In this document: one piece after another, positions 48,031 through 58,367 of the stretch
Position numbering within the stretch: position 1 is the first letter of the stretch
Layout of the letters: each line of letters opens with the position of its first letter
Source of the DNA: Microcoleus sp. bin48.metabat.b7b8b9.023
GTDB lineage: Bacteria > Cyanobacteriota > Cyanobacteriia > Cyanobacteriales > Microcoleaceae
Assembly: GCF_013299185.1 (NCBI RefSeq)
Contig: NZ_JAAFKG010000040.1
Span: forward strand, 2,867-66,866
Length of the DNA: 64,000 bases
Reading direction: 5' to 3'
Made by a program: the position numbers and the translations under genes
The notes under the pieces: generated by a model
What the model was told of the DNA's origin: nothing
What the model saw: the letters and a program-made list of their open reading frames with translations, nothing else
Database searches by the model: none

Positions 48031-50187
48031 TTGAGTCTGATGCTCTACAATAACGAGATGCTTCCCAAATTAAGTTTACAGATTAGCTCCCAAAACATTA
48101 ACAATCTGCTTGACAAATTGTTATCCTTGCGTCGCATTGAATACCTTGCAGTCGATCGGGAACTGAAGATTCAAGAAACATCCTTGAACGTACAAGATTT
48201 TGCCCAAATTCCTGATGAATTGAAACAAGGCAAAGATGTGCGCGATAGTTTTCCCGAACTGATCGGAATTGAAGAACTGCTAGACGACATTCTAGAACAA
48301 CGACAGCCAAGTTTCCAATTAAAATCTGTTACCAGAGTTTTAAATGATGGCTCTTATTTTTATCTAGATTTGTATATCTTTGGTCAGAAAGAGCAGCTTA
48401 ATCCTGAGAGATTAATTATTTTCTGCGAAGATGTAACAGACACTGCTGCTCTTCAGCAAAGTATGGTTCAAGCAGCCAACGAAAACAGTATTAAAGTCGA
48501 TTACTTGGCTAACGCTCGCGACTATATTGATAAAATTCTTAACTCCATAAATGATATTTTATTGGTGACAACGCAAGCGGGAGAAATCAAAAAGGTCAAT
48601 CAATCCACCCAACTATTGTTTGGATATACCGAATCACAATTAATCGGTCAACCAATCTCGATGATTACGGCGGACGAGGAATTATTGCGTCAAGTTAGTC
48701 AGCTACCTCTTGAACTAAAAAATGAATCTTGGCATCAAGTAAAAGTAGCTTGTACAACTAAAAAAGGTTCAAAGCTGACAGTTGCATTTTCCTGCTCTAC
48801 TATTGAGACAAGTATAGAAAGCAAGCACTCAGACAACAAAACTATACAAGATTTTGTCTATGTGGGCAGAGATATCACCGAGCAACAACGGACAAAAAAG
48901 CGTCAAGCAGCACAATATGCAGTAGCTCGCATCATGTCAGAATCTGGTTCTTTAGAGAGCGCCACTCCGAAAATTATGCAAGCTATTTGTGAAAGTTTGG
49001 GGTGGGATATCGGTGAACTTTGGACGCCTGTTGATGAAAAACATACTAAGTCTGATGCCGAAGATACGCACGATCGAATACCATTTTTGTTTGCTGCACC
49101 AGATAGTAACGTTGAAGATATTCTCCCTTTTTTGCTCCGAGTGGGAGTTTGGCGGCGGGGAAGTGAAGTTGGGGAGTTTGTGGAAAATTGCCAGCAGATT
49201 ACCCTAGAGCCTGGTACGGGTTTACCGGGAATAGTGTGGAACACCGGTTATCCGCAATGGATTACGGATCTTCTTAAGGATGGCAATTTTGTACGATCGC
49301 ACTTAGCATCTAAAGCAGGATTGCGATCGGCCTTCGGTTTCCCAATTCGTGCTAGCGGTCAAGTTGTAGGGGTAATGACTTTTTTCTGCCGGGAAAACCA
49401 GCCGTCGGATGAAGACTTACTGCAAATGATGGCGGCGATAGGTTCCCAATTAGGGCAGTTTGTCAAGCGCAAATATGCTGAGAAAGAATTGCAAGAAGCT
49501 GAATCTTCCATCCGGTTTTTGTACGAACAAGAAAAACAGCAAAGTGAAAAATTGGCTCAGCAAAATTTAGCATTAGAACAGGCTAAATTAGAATTAGAAT
49601 CTGCTAATCAGGCATTGCACAGACTCGCATCTGTGGACGGCTTGACTCAGATTGCTAACCGTCGCCGTTTTGACCAAGCATTGCAATCAGAATGGCAGCG
49701 CATGGGTAGAGAGAAAAAGCCCCTGTCTTTAATTTTGGTAGATTTAGATTTTTTTAAGCTTTACAACGATTGTTACGGGCATCAAGGAGGCGATGAATGT
49801 CTCAAAAAAGTTGCTGAAATTTTAGACAGAAACGCTCACCGGGGAGGTGATTTAGCGGCTCGCTACGGTGGGGAAGAATTTGCGGTAATTTTGCCAGAGA
49901 CTGATGCTAAGGGAGCAATGCGGGTAGCTGAATCAATTCGCAGCGATTTGAAAGCTATGGCAATTCCCCACGAAGCTTCCAAGATAAGTGAGTCTGTGAC
50001 AGCGAGTATCGGCACAGCTAGTGCTGTGCCCGCTGCTGAATTATCTGTGGAGTGGTTAATTGGGGAAGCCGATCGCGCGCTGTATCGAGCTAAACTAGAA
50101 GGGCGCGATCGTATTGTTTGCGTAGATTCTCAAATACGATGCCAGGGCGAGAAAGGAGTTTTTTGTGATGATTGTGAGAGAAGCTAA
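48031..50187 (+). CDS. PAS-GAF-GGDEF diguanylate cyclase
   Basis: PAS block (ILNSINDILLVTTQAGEIKKVNQS), GAF block (ICESLGWDIGELW...GLPGIVW), coiled coil, and a GGDEF domain with active-site RYGGEEF and I-site RGGD five residues upstream. Track start is TTG; ATG at 48040 is possible. Confidence 0.9.
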   Translation: MSLMLYNNEMLPKLSLQISSQNINNLLDKLLSLRRIEYLAVDRELKIQETSLNVQDFAQIPDELKQGKDVRDSFPELIGIEELLDDILEQRQPSFQLKSVTRVLNDGSYFYLDLYIFGQKEQLNPERLIIFCEDVTDTAALQQSMVQAANENSIKVDYLANARDYIDKILNSINDILLVTTQAGEIKKVNQSTQLLFGYTESQLIGQPISMITADEELLRQVSQLPLELKNESWHQVKVACTTKKGSKLTVAFSCSTIETSIESKHSDNKTIQDFVYVGRDITEQQRTKKRQAAQYAVARIMSESGSLESATPKIMQAICESLGWDIGELWTPVDEKHTKSDAEDTHDRIPFLFAAPDSNVEDILPFLLRVGVWRRGSEVGEFVENCQQITLEPGTGLPGIVWNTGYPQWITDLLKDGNFVRSHLASKAGLRSAFGFPIRASGQVVGVMTFFCRENQPSDEDLLQMMAAIGSQLGQFVKRKYAEKELQEAESSIRFLYEQEKQQSEKLAQQNLALEQAKLELESANQALHRLASVDGLTQIANRRRFDQALQSEWQRMGREKKPLSLILVDLDFFKLYNDCYGHQGGDECLKKVAEILDRNAHRGGDLAARYGGEEFAVILPETDAKGAMRVAESIRSDLKAMAIPHEASKISESVTASIGTASAVPAAELSVEWLIGEADRALYRAKLEGRDRIVCVDSQIRCQGEKGVFCDDCERS

Positions 50188-50701
50188 AATCGCTGATGCA
50201 CCTGCAATTGCACAGGTTAATGTAGATACTTGGCGGACAGCTTACCGAAACATCGTACCGGCAGATTACCTCGCCAAGCTGTCCTATGAAAAACCAGAAA
50301 ACAATTGGCAAGAAATCCTGTCAAACGTCAAAAATACTGGCGATTATGTCTGCGTTGCTGAAAATAACTCGGGACAAATTGTAGGTTTTGCTGCGGGTGG
50401 TTCCGAGCGCACGGGCAAATATGTTTATCGAGGAGAATTATTTGCCATCTATATTTTGGAGGAATATCAGCGTCAAGGAATTGGGCAGCAACTCGTGCGC
50501 TCGGTTGCCAAAAAATTGGCAGAATTAAGTTTGAACTCGATGCTGGCTTGGGTACTGGGAGACAATTCTGCTTGCAGGTTTTATGAATTTTTAGGAGGCA
50601 AAAAAGTGGAAGAACAACAGACAAGCAGAGCTGGTGTTTTAGTCAAAGAAATTGCTTACGGGTGGACGGATATCGCAGTGCTGCTCGACAAGACTGCATG
50701 A
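50165..50701 (+). CDS. GNAT-family N-acetyltransferase
   Basis: MIVREAKIADAPAIAQV start (ATG 50168) and acetyl-CoA motif QRQGIGQQLVRSVAKKL. Overlaps the cyclase gene by about 20 nt. Confidence 0.85.
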   Translation: MMIVREAKIADAPAIAQVNVDTWRTAYRNIVPADYLAKLSYEKPENNWQEILSNVKNTGDYVCVAENNSGQIVGFAAGGSERTGKYVYRGELFAIYILEEYQRQGIGQQLVRSVAKKLAELSLNSMLAWVLGDNSACRFYEFLGGKKVEEQQTSRAGVLVKEIAYGWTDIAVLLDKTA

Positions 50702-50721
50702 ACTAAAAAGTGGAAGTTTTA

Positions 50722-51789
50722 TCAATCATCGATCAAGCTTCCCCGCTTCATTTGTTCCCGTTCAATTGCCTCAAACAAAGCTCTGAAATTACCCGCCCCA
50801 AAACCTCCAGCTTGCACCAGTTTGTCATTAACTAAAGTAACTCGACGCTCAATAATCTCGAAAAAGAAAGTCGGTTCGGCAAAAATTGGCTGGGTAAAGA
50901 TTTGCAGCAGCATCGCAGCGGGAGTATCTTCTTGCCAATCTGCCAAAACTTCGGAAGCTGCAATTGCTTGCCAATCTGCGGGCAAATAGTTTTGCCGCCG
51001 CCGCAATTGCGAGTAATATGTTGGAGGAACTGGCAAAAAAGGCAAACCGCGCGATCGCAAATCGGAAACAACCTGCACAATGCGATCCGTTTGCAAAGCC
51101 ATGTGCTGAATTCCCGGCCCTCGATTTGCACTCAAAAACTCTTGAATTTGAGAATTAGATGATGCCGGTTCATTAATCGGGAATTGCACCCCACCTTCAG
51201 CGTGCACCATAACTTGGCTTCGCAAAGCAGACTTCTCAGTCTGAATCTCAAAATTTTGCTGCGGCTCAAAACCTAATATTTTTTGATACCAACTAACCGC
51301 ACCTAACAAATCGCCAGATTCAACATTTAACACTACATGATCGATCAGAGTCAACAGCGGCGGCCCAGAAGAACCACCCAGCAGTGAATTCTCGCCAATT
51401 CGCTCAACAAGCGTGTGGCTTAAATCTCCCCAGCCAGCGATTTGTGCGAGTTTAAAACCGCCTCCTGCCTTTAGATCTTCTTGAATCGGTTTCAGGATTT
51501 TAGCACCTGCCACCTGCGCTCTAGCGATCGCTAATTCGATATTTTTAACCCGAAAGCCCACATCGGCAATCCCCGGAGGATGAAACTCCAACCAAGTAGC
51601 AGCGGGACTAGCGGGTGTCAGAGGCGAAGATAAAACAAAACATATATTGCCACTGCTGACAACCTCAGTGCAAGTGTGGCTGTTGACATAACCTGTTATT
51701 GATTGAAAGCCTAAGTGGCTGACAAACCAGTCGCGGGATACTCGAGCATTTTCAACGTAAAACTGAATGCGGTCGAACTCCATAATCAA
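50722..51789 (-). CDS. hppD: 4-hydroxyphenylpyruvate dioxygenase
   Basis: FDRIQFYVENA, GIQHMALQTD, FFEIIERR and GFGAGNFRALFEAIEREQ, the classical HPPD signature blocks. Confidence 0.92.
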   Translation of the reverse strand: MIMEFDRIQFYVENARVSRDWFVSHLGFQSITGYVNSHTCTEVVSSGNICFVLSSPLTPASPAATWLEFHPPGIADVGFRVKNIELAIARAQVAGAKILKPIQEDLKAGGGFKLAQIAGWGDLSHTLVERIGENSLLGGSSGPPLLTLIDHVVLNVESGDLLGAVSWYQKILGFEPQQNFEIQTEKSALRSQVMVHAEGGVQFPINEPASSNSQIQEFLSANRGPGIQHMALQTDRIVQVVSDLRSRGLPFLPVPPTYYSQLRRRQNYLPADWQAIAASEVLADWQEDTPAAMLLQIFTQPIFAEPTFFFEIIERRVTLVNDKLVQAGGFGAGNFRALFEAIEREQMKRGSLIDD

Positions 51790-51987
51790 TAATTGAAAAT
51801 GGAACGTGAAAAGTTGAAAATCGGCTGATTTTCACGGTTAAATGGCAAGGGAGAGACTGAGAAATGGAGATTTTTCATTGTTTTTTTGTCTAATCGCTTA
51901 ATAATAACCCAAAAATTGAATATCTTAGCTCCCTCTGAAGGCAGAAATACATCGGCACTTAAAAGAAAGGCGGTGTTTGGGATGACT

Positions 51988-52256
51988 TTGACAGTTGACA
52001 GTTGACAGTTGACAGTTGACAGTACGAGCGATCGCTTGCGATATTGTAGGGTGCGTCAGCGATTAGTCTAATTTTCAGGTGGGGAACCAGAAGTGACTGA
52101 CGCACCCTACTACTTCATTCAGTTGACAGTTGACAGTTGACAGTTGACAGCCAGAGGGCAACCTCTACCTAAAAGTCTGAAGATTGGAGTAATGAATCCT
52201 CTGATTTTAATTTCTACGCCAAACAAGCGAGGCTTTCAACCAATTATTTCTGGTAA
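51988..52256 (+). repeat. Heptamer-linked module, copy E ((CAGTTGA)n at 51988-52022 and 52120-52150, GGTGCGTCAG hairpin 52045-52111, module 52153-52256)
   Basis: cagttgacagttgacagttgacag ccagagggcaacctctacctaaaagtctgaagattggagtaatgaatcctctgattttaatttctacgccaaacaagcgaggctttcaaccaattatttctggtaaa. Confidence 0.9.
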
Positions 52257-52422
52257 ATCGTCTGTGGGATACTAGAAGGAATCAGCCATGAGATTTACTC
52301 CACAGATAAATCTGGAAGATTGAACTTTTTTCTAAAATCTGGGAAGTATCGAGTTGGGTAAATCAGTGCTATGAAAGCACCATACAAACTCATTTTTTGC
52401 GTGTGGAACACCAAACAAATTA

Positions 52423-53130
52423 CTAAAAGAACAAATGACTTTCTGGCTGAATATTAATTTCTAGTGGCACAGCTTGCGGGTCAGAAGCAAGAGCAAACAT
52501 AATTGCATTGGCAGCGGTTTCGGTACTCAGCATTTTTGACCTATCTACCTTCAAACTCACATTATCCCAAAACGGAGAATCCACCCCACCAAAATAGAAT
52601 AGCGTAAACTTAATGCCGTAGCGTCGCAGTTCATCTGCCATGCACTTGCTAAAACCAACTACCCCAAACTTTGAAGCACAATAGGCCGTTCCCATCGCCA
52701 TCGAATGCTTGCCCAAAATCCCGATGACATTGCAGATGTGACCGGATTTGCGGTCTTTCATCACATTTGCGGCTGCTTGAGATGTGTAAAAACTGCCTTT
52801 CAAGTTCAAGTCAAGCATTGCATCTAAATCAGCGGGTTCTAACTTGTTCCACTGCTTGAGAATTCCCGCACCGGCAGCGTTTACGAGGGCATCAATTTGC
52901 CCGAAATGCCCCGCAGCTTTCTGCATCAGCGTCTCAACTTGCGACAAATCGGTGATATCTGTCGGTACGCACAGTACCTCTGTTGTCGAAAGTTCGCTGG
53001 CTAAAGCGTCTAATTTAGTGCTGTCTCTGGAGGCGAGCACTAGCGTCGCACCCTCAGAGGCGAGTTTCCGGGCTACTGCTGAACCGATGCCGCCAGTCGC
53101 ACCCACCACAACTACAACTTTGTCCTGCAT
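52423..53130 (-). CDS. SDR-family oxidoreductase
   Basis: VVVVGATGGIGSAVARKL (TGxxxGxG), NAAG, and the catalytic YCASK (YxxxK). Confidence 0.88.
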   Translation of the reverse strand: MQDKVVVVVGATGGIGSAVARKLASEGATLVLASRDSTKLDALASELSTTEVLCVPTDITDLSQVETLMQKAAGHFGQIDALVNAAGAGILKQWNKLEPADLDAMLDLNLKGSFYTSQAAANVMKDRKSGHICNVIGILGKHSMAMGTAYCASKFGVVGFSKCMADELRRYGIKFTLFYFGGVDSPFWDNVSLKVDRSKMLSTETAANAIMFALASDPQAVPLEINIQPESHLFF

Positions 53131-53176
53131 ATCCCTTTACATTTCTTTACGTCCAGATTGTATGATAACTCAAGTT

Positions 53177-53270
53177 ATGGGGAATGGGGAATGGGGCATG
53201 GGGCATGGGGCATGGGGCATGGGGCATGGGGCATGGGGCATTGGGAATTAGGAATTAGGAATTAGGAATT
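53177..53270. repeat. (GGGGCAT)n then (GGAATTA)n heptamer arrays
   Basis: atggggaatggggaatggggcatggggcatggggcatggggcatggggcatggggcatggggcattgggaattaggaattaggaattaggaatt. Confidence 0.95.
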
Positions 53271-53374
53271 GCGAGGGATAGCGTTAGTGAAGCATAGCCG
53301 TTCTCAACTTTCGTGAGGTACTCGCTAGCCGATTACCTGTTACCCATTACCAATTTATAATTGCTGTTTGATAA

Positions 53375-54784
53375 TTAATTTAGGGAAACCTGCCAACCTT
53401 TTTCGGTTTTTTTAAGTTCGAGAGAAGTGCAGGATTGTAAAAATTTAGGAAATTTTCGACCGAGATTAAACTCTTTAATTATTTGGGTGATTTGTTTGCC
53501 GTATTGTTTGTGAAATTCACTGCCAACATTGGAGAGAAATACAGAATTGTGAGGAGAGTTGTCGGTTAAGTCGCCAACTATTTTGACCAGAGCTTTTTCC
53601 AAATCTTCCAAGGAATTGATATCTGTCAAACTCGCTGATGCTGCTTGGTTGTGATTGAGATTTTCTTTGTTGAGTATTGGGGGTGGGGGCGACAATTTAA
53701 CTTCAAAAAGAGTGACATAAGTTTGAGATGTTTCTGAGGGTTTGTGGACAACGAAATCTGTGGGATGTTTGAGAAATATCTCCCTAGTTTTAGTACCTAA
53801 GGAATAATTTGCAAGAACTTGATTGAGGGCTAAACCGTAATTCTCCCTAAATAAAGCTGAAAGTGTAGAAATTTTTATCCACTGAGATGAGGTACGTTGT
53901 TGTTCTTTTTTAATTAATTCTTTTAGCTGAATAACTAATTGTTCTACAGGTGTAATTTCCGGTACTGTTACGAGGGAATAGGTTTCCACTTGTCCGGTTT
54001 TGCTGTTTAAAACTATGATTTTATCTATTTGCTTGCGGACTTGAAAGACGGTTAAGCCGTGGGCTTGCAGTGTGTTGCTGAGGTGGGTGAGGGCGCGATC
54101 GGACGAACAGACAAAAATCTCCTTGGCTGTGGGATAATGTACGAAAATTGAGGCGCCTACTGTTGCCATTTTCAAGTCGGCGCTGTCTTTGCCGGGGGGA
54201 ACGTGAATCAGTTGATAGCCGCGCTGGTGAAATTCGGCATCTTTTTTGCCCATGCTGCGCCAGTTGGCAAAGGCTACTCTGATTTGGATGGGATAGTGAG
54301 AAATTCCTTCTAGGAATTTTTCGGTTTCGATGTTGAGTTGCAAGTTTTCGACATCTAGCAGCAAGATAGCAATGCCGACAGGAAGCGAATTTGTTTGGTG
54401 GGCGGTGGGAGTTGGAGGTTTTGCCGAAACTGAGTTTTGCGATTGGGCTGGTGGTGTTTGGGGTATGGCTAGCTGCTGAATTTTGGCAAATAATTTGCTG
54501 AATTGAGGTGAATTGATGAATTCGGGAACCAGCAGAATTTGGAGATATTTTTTTGCCGTCAGCAGCAGCAAATCTGTATCGCTGGCTACTTTGAAATTTT
54601 TGGTTAATTTTCCAATCAAAACTGACTGAAAAGCAGGTTTGGCCCAGGGGGTTTTCCTGTATTTTTCAGCTATCCATTCGGGATGCTTTTCCTGAATGGA
54701 GATTAGTGTTTGAGCGATATAACGACTGATGGCGCTGACTGCGACTGATTCTTGAGTCGCCAGCAAGGGAGTTCGATCGGGCAT
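53375..54784 (-). CDS. NYN-domain (LabA-like) protein with C-terminal OST-HTH/LOTUS-like modules
   Basis: NYN core IAILLLDVENLQLN...RVAFANW...GYQLIHVPPGKDSADLKM...FVCSSDRALTHL. Two C-terminal ~70-aa modules (WIKISTLSALFRENYGLALNQVL...; VFLSNVGSEFHKQYGKQITQIIKEF..FPKFLQS) resemble OST-HTH. Confidence 0.7.
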   Translation of the reverse strand: MPDRTPLLATQESVAVSAISRYIAQTLISIQEKHPEWIAEKYRKTPWAKPAFQSVLIGKLTKNFKVASDTDLLLLTAKKYLQILLVPEFINSPQFSKLFAKIQQLAIPQTPPAQSQNSVSAKPPTPTAHQTNSLPVGIAILLLDVENLQLNIETEKFLEGISHYPIQIRVAFANWRSMGKKDAEFHQRGYQLIHVPPGKDSADLKMATVGASIFVHYPTAKEIFVCSSDRALTHLSNTLQAHGLTVFQVRKQIDKIIVLNSKTGQVETYSLVTVPEITPVEQLVIQLKELIKKEQQRTSSQWIKISTLSALFRENYGLALNQVLANYSLGTKTREIFLKHPTDFVVHKPSETSQTYVTLFEVKLSPPPPILNKENLNHNQAASASLTDINSLEDLEKALVKIVGDLTDNSPHNSVFLSNVGSEFHKQYGKQITQIIKEFNLGRKFPKFLQSCTSLELKKTEKGWQVSLN

Positions 54785-54826
54785 GGCCCTCTACAATGCG
54801 GAATGCTGTTTCAATTTATCACAATT

Positions 54827-56098
54827 CTAGTCTCTAGCTGGGAGTCGGACGATCGCCCGCCACATCAAACCGACGATAATTAACGCCAACCCTGTCAGCC
54901 AAATTTGCCTTTCCACCCAGAAAGCCAAAAACAAACAACTCCCCAAGCCCACCCAAGCCAACCATTGCGGGTAAAGCCTTTCGGCGGGGGACAGTTGTAG
55001 CGCGGCTGCGTTGGTAATAGCGTAGTAGATCAAAACGCTAAAGGCACTGAACGACCAAGTGGTTTTGACATCACCGATGAGGATTAAAAGTGCGATCGTA
55101 ATTTCGACAACCACGACAGCTACATAGGGAGTTGTCCCCGCAGGATTGAGACGCGCCAGGACTCTCGGCATATCCAACCGTCGCCCCATCGCCAGCCACA
55201 CGCGCGACAAGCCTAAAATTAAGTTCAACAAGACGGACAGCATGGCTGTAATCGCGCCGACGGCTAGCAGTTGGGAAACTCCGGGAATTGGAAAACTGCG
55301 GGCGATGACTTCCAAGGGGGCAGCAGTGGTTGCTGCTTGCAGGGACAATTTATCGGCTCCCCCCGCACCTGCAATAACTACCGCTACCGCCACGTAAAGC
55401 ACCATTGTCAGCACCAAAGTGAAAATTATGGCTTTGGGAATGGTTTTGCTCGGTTCCCGCACTTCTTCGCTCATGGTGGCGATGCGGCCGTAACCAGTGT
55501 AGGCGACAAACATCAGGGCCGTGGCGTGGAGGATGGAGCCGATCGCGCGATCGTTCTGTAAGGTCGGCATTTCCCACCTGACCTCTGGCAAACCCGCAGC
55601 AATAAAGACAGTCAGAGATAAAAGTGTAACCGAGACTATGGCAGTATTCGCGATATTCGATCGCCTGATGCCGGTCAAGACAATTAAAGTTAGGGTGGCC
55701 AGGGCGATTAATGCCGTTAGGATGAGATAAGTGCGATCGGCTACACCAAGTGCACTTAAAAAATACCCCGCAAAACCCAAAGCAGCAGTAGCAGCAGAAG
55801 CCGTTTTAGCTACAAGAAACATCCAGCCCGCTGTAAAACCCAGCCAAGGATTGAGATATTTGTAACCATATTCATAAGTTCCGCCGCTAACAGGATGATT
55901 TGCCGCTAATTGAGCGCTGTTAAGACCATTGCAAACAGCAACTAAAGCAGCAACAGTCACAGCCCAAATCACTCCCGGCCCCGCAATTTCCGCAGCCATT
56001 CCAATACTCACAAATACTCCAGTGCCCACGATTGAGCCTATGCCCATGAGAGTTGCACCGAAAACACCTAATTCTCGTTTTAACAGAGAGGGAGACAT
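54827..56098 (-). CDS. APC-superfamily amino acid permease
   Basis: 423 aa, about 12 TM segments, N-terminal LKRELGVFGATLMGIGSIVGTGVFV signature typical of APC transporters. Confidence 0.85.
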   Translation of the reverse strand: MSPSLLKRELGVFGATLMGIGSIVGTGVFVSIGMAAEIAGPGVIWAVTVAALVAVCNGLNSAQLAANHPVSGGTYEYGYKYLNPWLGFTAGWMFLVAKTASAATAALGFAGYFLSALGVADRTYLILTALIALATLTLIVLTGIRRSNIANTAIVSVTLLSLTVFIAAGLPEVRWEMPTLQNDRAIGSILHATALMFVAYTGYGRIATMSEEVREPSKTIPKAIIFTLVLTMVLYVAVAVVIAGAGGADKLSLQAATTAAPLEVIARSFPIPGVSQLLAVGAITAMLSVLLNLILGLSRVWLAMGRRLDMPRVLARLNPAGTTPYVAVVVVEITIALLILIGDVKTTWSFSAFSVLIYYAITNAAALQLSPAERLYPQWLAWVGLGSCLFLAFWVERQIWLTGLALIIVGLMWRAIVRLPARD

Positions 56099-56448
56099 AA
56101 TTACACTAGGGTTAGTTTAATACAAATATGTGGCTGGAGACACCATCCTGCTTATTGTTCAGGACTTTCCTGCGGGGTTCGGAAACCGGGTTTCTTTCTG
56201 GATAGCTCGTTACCAAACTTAATAGTTATCTGTAAGCCTTGCGAACAATTTGGGTGGCTGCAAAACTTTTTATTATTCTGATTGTTGGTATAAAATAGCT
56301 CAATGGCTCCCTGGTTGTCATCGGGATTTCACTTGGATATTATGTAGGAAACCACCGTCGATAGTTTGTGGTGAACAAGATTATTTTGTAGTTACCGTTT
56401 AGGATATAGAAGATGTCCGAGATATAACGGTTACAAGTATCATAATTT

Positions 56449-57195
56449 ATGAAACTGACGGAATTTTTTGAACGGACTTACGTGGTGAATTTGCCCGATC
56501 GCCAAGATCGCCGCCGTGACATTACCAAGGAACTTGCCAATGTGGGGATTTCCTTGGCACCGAATAGTGTTGAGATTTTCCCAGCGGTTCGTCCAGAGAC
56601 GGCGGGTGAATTTCCTAGTATCGGAGCGTGGGGCTGCTTCCTGAGCCACTTGAGCATTTTGAAACACGCCAGACAGCAAAACTTGTCCAACGTTTTGGTC
56701 ATGGAAGATGATTTAGCAATTTCTCCAACCCTAATCGCTCAGCAATCGGCGTTAATCGAACAACTGCAAGGGCAGGATTGGGGGATGGTCTACTTGGGGC
56801 ATTATTTGACGGATCGTAATTTACCCAAGGTAGATCCGAATGGGCGATCGTCCGAAGCAGCAGTGCTGTTAAAACCATACACTCTGGGGATTCAAACCAC
56901 CCATTTCTATGGTGTAAACGGACAAATTCTCGATCGGCTGATAGCTTTTCTAGAACAAGTGCAACAGCGTCCCAAGGGACATCCCGATGGCGGGCCCATG
57001 CACGTAGACGGCGCCTATTCCACCTTCCGCGCCCAAAACCCAGATATCATGACGCTGATTGCAGAACCAAATTTAGGCTGGCAACGCAGTTCTCGCAGCG
57101 ACATCAATGCGAGTGCTTGGTATGACTACGTACCCTTAGTCCGCGAGGTGGCAAATGTCGCGCGTGGCGCTAAGGTTTGGTTGTCCAACAAGTAA
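56449..57195 (+). CDS. glycosyltransferase family 25-like protein
   Basis: TYVVNLPDRQDRRRDITKELANVGI...FPAV...GAWGCFLSHLSILK...VMEDD resembles the GT25 (LPS galactosyl/glucosyltransferase) N-terminal pattern. Confidence 0.6.
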   Translation: MKLTEFFERTYVVNLPDRQDRRRDITKELANVGISLAPNSVEIFPAVRPETAGEFPSIGAWGCFLSHLSILKHARQQNLSNVLVMEDDLAISPTLIAQQSALIEQLQGQDWGMVYLGHYLTDRNLPKVDPNGRSSEAAVLLKPYTLGIQTTHFYGVNGQILDRLIAFLEQVQQRPKGHPDGGPMHVDGAYSTFRAQNPDIMTLIAEPNLGWQRSSRSDINASAWYDYVPLVREVANVARGAKVWLSNK

Positions 57196-57423
57196 ATCGA
57201 GGTTTGAAAATCTAATTAAATTGCTCGACCAAGCTGGCCATTGGTTACTGTTGTGTTGGAGTAGCGAGGAGAAGTGATAGCTTCAATAACATCAATTGTA
57301 GCTATTTACAGCTAGTTGAATATCCGCACAAGTACCGAGAAACCTGTTGTTTTTCGGGAGTGCTTCCAGGATAGGGGTATACTGCATCTCAACTTTTGCA
57401 AAAAGTATTTTTTCTTTTAGTGT

Positions 57424-57475
57424 GAGTTCGCAAATGCTTGCCAGATAATACAAGCAAGCGAAAAATTGCGAACTC
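57424..57475. terminator. Long hairpin between convergent genes (possible bidirectional terminator)
   Basis: gagttcgcaa...gcttgc...gcaagc...ttgcgaactc: 10-bp outer plus 6-bp inner stems. No clean U-tract on either strand. Confidence 0.35.
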
Positions 57476-57515
57476 CCACTATAAAATGCAAAACTGAGAT
57501 GCTCCAATTTAAGTA

Positions 57516-58367
57516 TCAACCGAAACGACCTTGAATGTAATCCCTCGTACTAGAATTACTGGCGGAAGTGAAAATCCGGCTTGTCGGCCCAAATTCCACC
57601 ATGCGACCGATGCGACTTTCATCAGTATTAAAGAAAGCCGTATAATCAGAAACCCGAGCCGCCTGCTGCATATTGTGCGTTACAATCACCACAGTCAACT
57701 GTTCCCGCAGAGTTTGAAATAACTCCTCAATCTTCATAGTAGAAATCGGGTCGAGAGCAGAACAAGGCTCATCCATCAGTAAAATTTTCGGTTTAACAGC
57801 CAAAGCGCGAGCAATACAAAGTCGCTGTTGCTGTCCGCCCGAAATTCCCTGAGCCGACTTCTTCAAATTATCTTTCACCTCATCCCAAAGCGCCGCACTT
57901 TTCAGCGCAGATTCCACAATTTCGTCTAACTCTGCTTTGCTTTTGCGACCAAAAATACGCACGCCGTAAGCAATATTATCATAAATGCTCAGCGGAAAAG
58001 GATTCGGCCTTTGAAACACCATGCCAATTTGGCGGCGCAAACTATTAATATTTACCTTAGGACTGTAAATATCCTGTCCAAAAAACTCAACCCTGCCTTT
58101 GATTTGAACTTTTCCCTCCAATTCGCCGATGCGGTTGAGAGCTTTCAGAAAAGTTGATTTGCCACAACCTGAAGGGCCGATAATCGCCGTCACTTGCGGG
58201 TGAGGGATATTCATCGATAGATTTTCGAGAACTTTGTGAGTGCCGTAGTAAAAGCTCAAGTCCTGAACCCGCAATGCTGGCATAGCATTGGGATCGATTT
58301 CAGGAGTCGTATCTTCGAGGAATTGGTCGGTATATTTTTCAGCTTTTAAGTTACTTTTGGATTTCAT
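57516..58367 (-). CDS. pstB: phosphate ABC transporter ATP-binding protein
   Basis: Walker A GPSGCGKST, signature LSGGQQQRLCIARAL, Walker B ILLMDEP, and the PstB-specific VRIFGRKSKAELDEIVE and YTAFFN...GRMVEFG blocks. Confidence 0.95.
   Translation of the reverse strand: MKSKSNLKAEKYTDQFLEDTTPEIDPNAMPALRVQDLSFYYGTHKVLENLSMNIPHPQVTAIIGPSGCGKSTFLKALNRIGELEGKVQIKGRVEFFGQDIYSPKVNINSLRRQIGMVFQRPNPFPLSIYDNIAYGVRIFGRKSKAELDEIVESALKSAALWDEVKDNLKKSAQGISGGQQQRLCIARALAVKPKILLMDEPCSALDPISTMKIEELFQTLREQLTVVIVTHNMQQAARVSDYTAFFNTDESRIGRMVEFGPTSRIFTSASNSSTRDYIQGRFG

Noticed and set aside
52844-53251. A 135-aa plus-strand ORF.
   Set aside because: It is antisense to the well-supported SDR gene and extended through the (GGGGCAT)n array (GAWGMGHGAWG), so it is a shadow ORF.
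57292-57519. A 75-aa minus-strand ORF overlapping the pstB stop (TTGA), considered as a possible PhoU-like or coupled small gene.
   Set aside because: It has a TTG start only, no similarity to PhoU, and it spans the long convergent-gene hairpin (57424-57475). It is probably non-coding.
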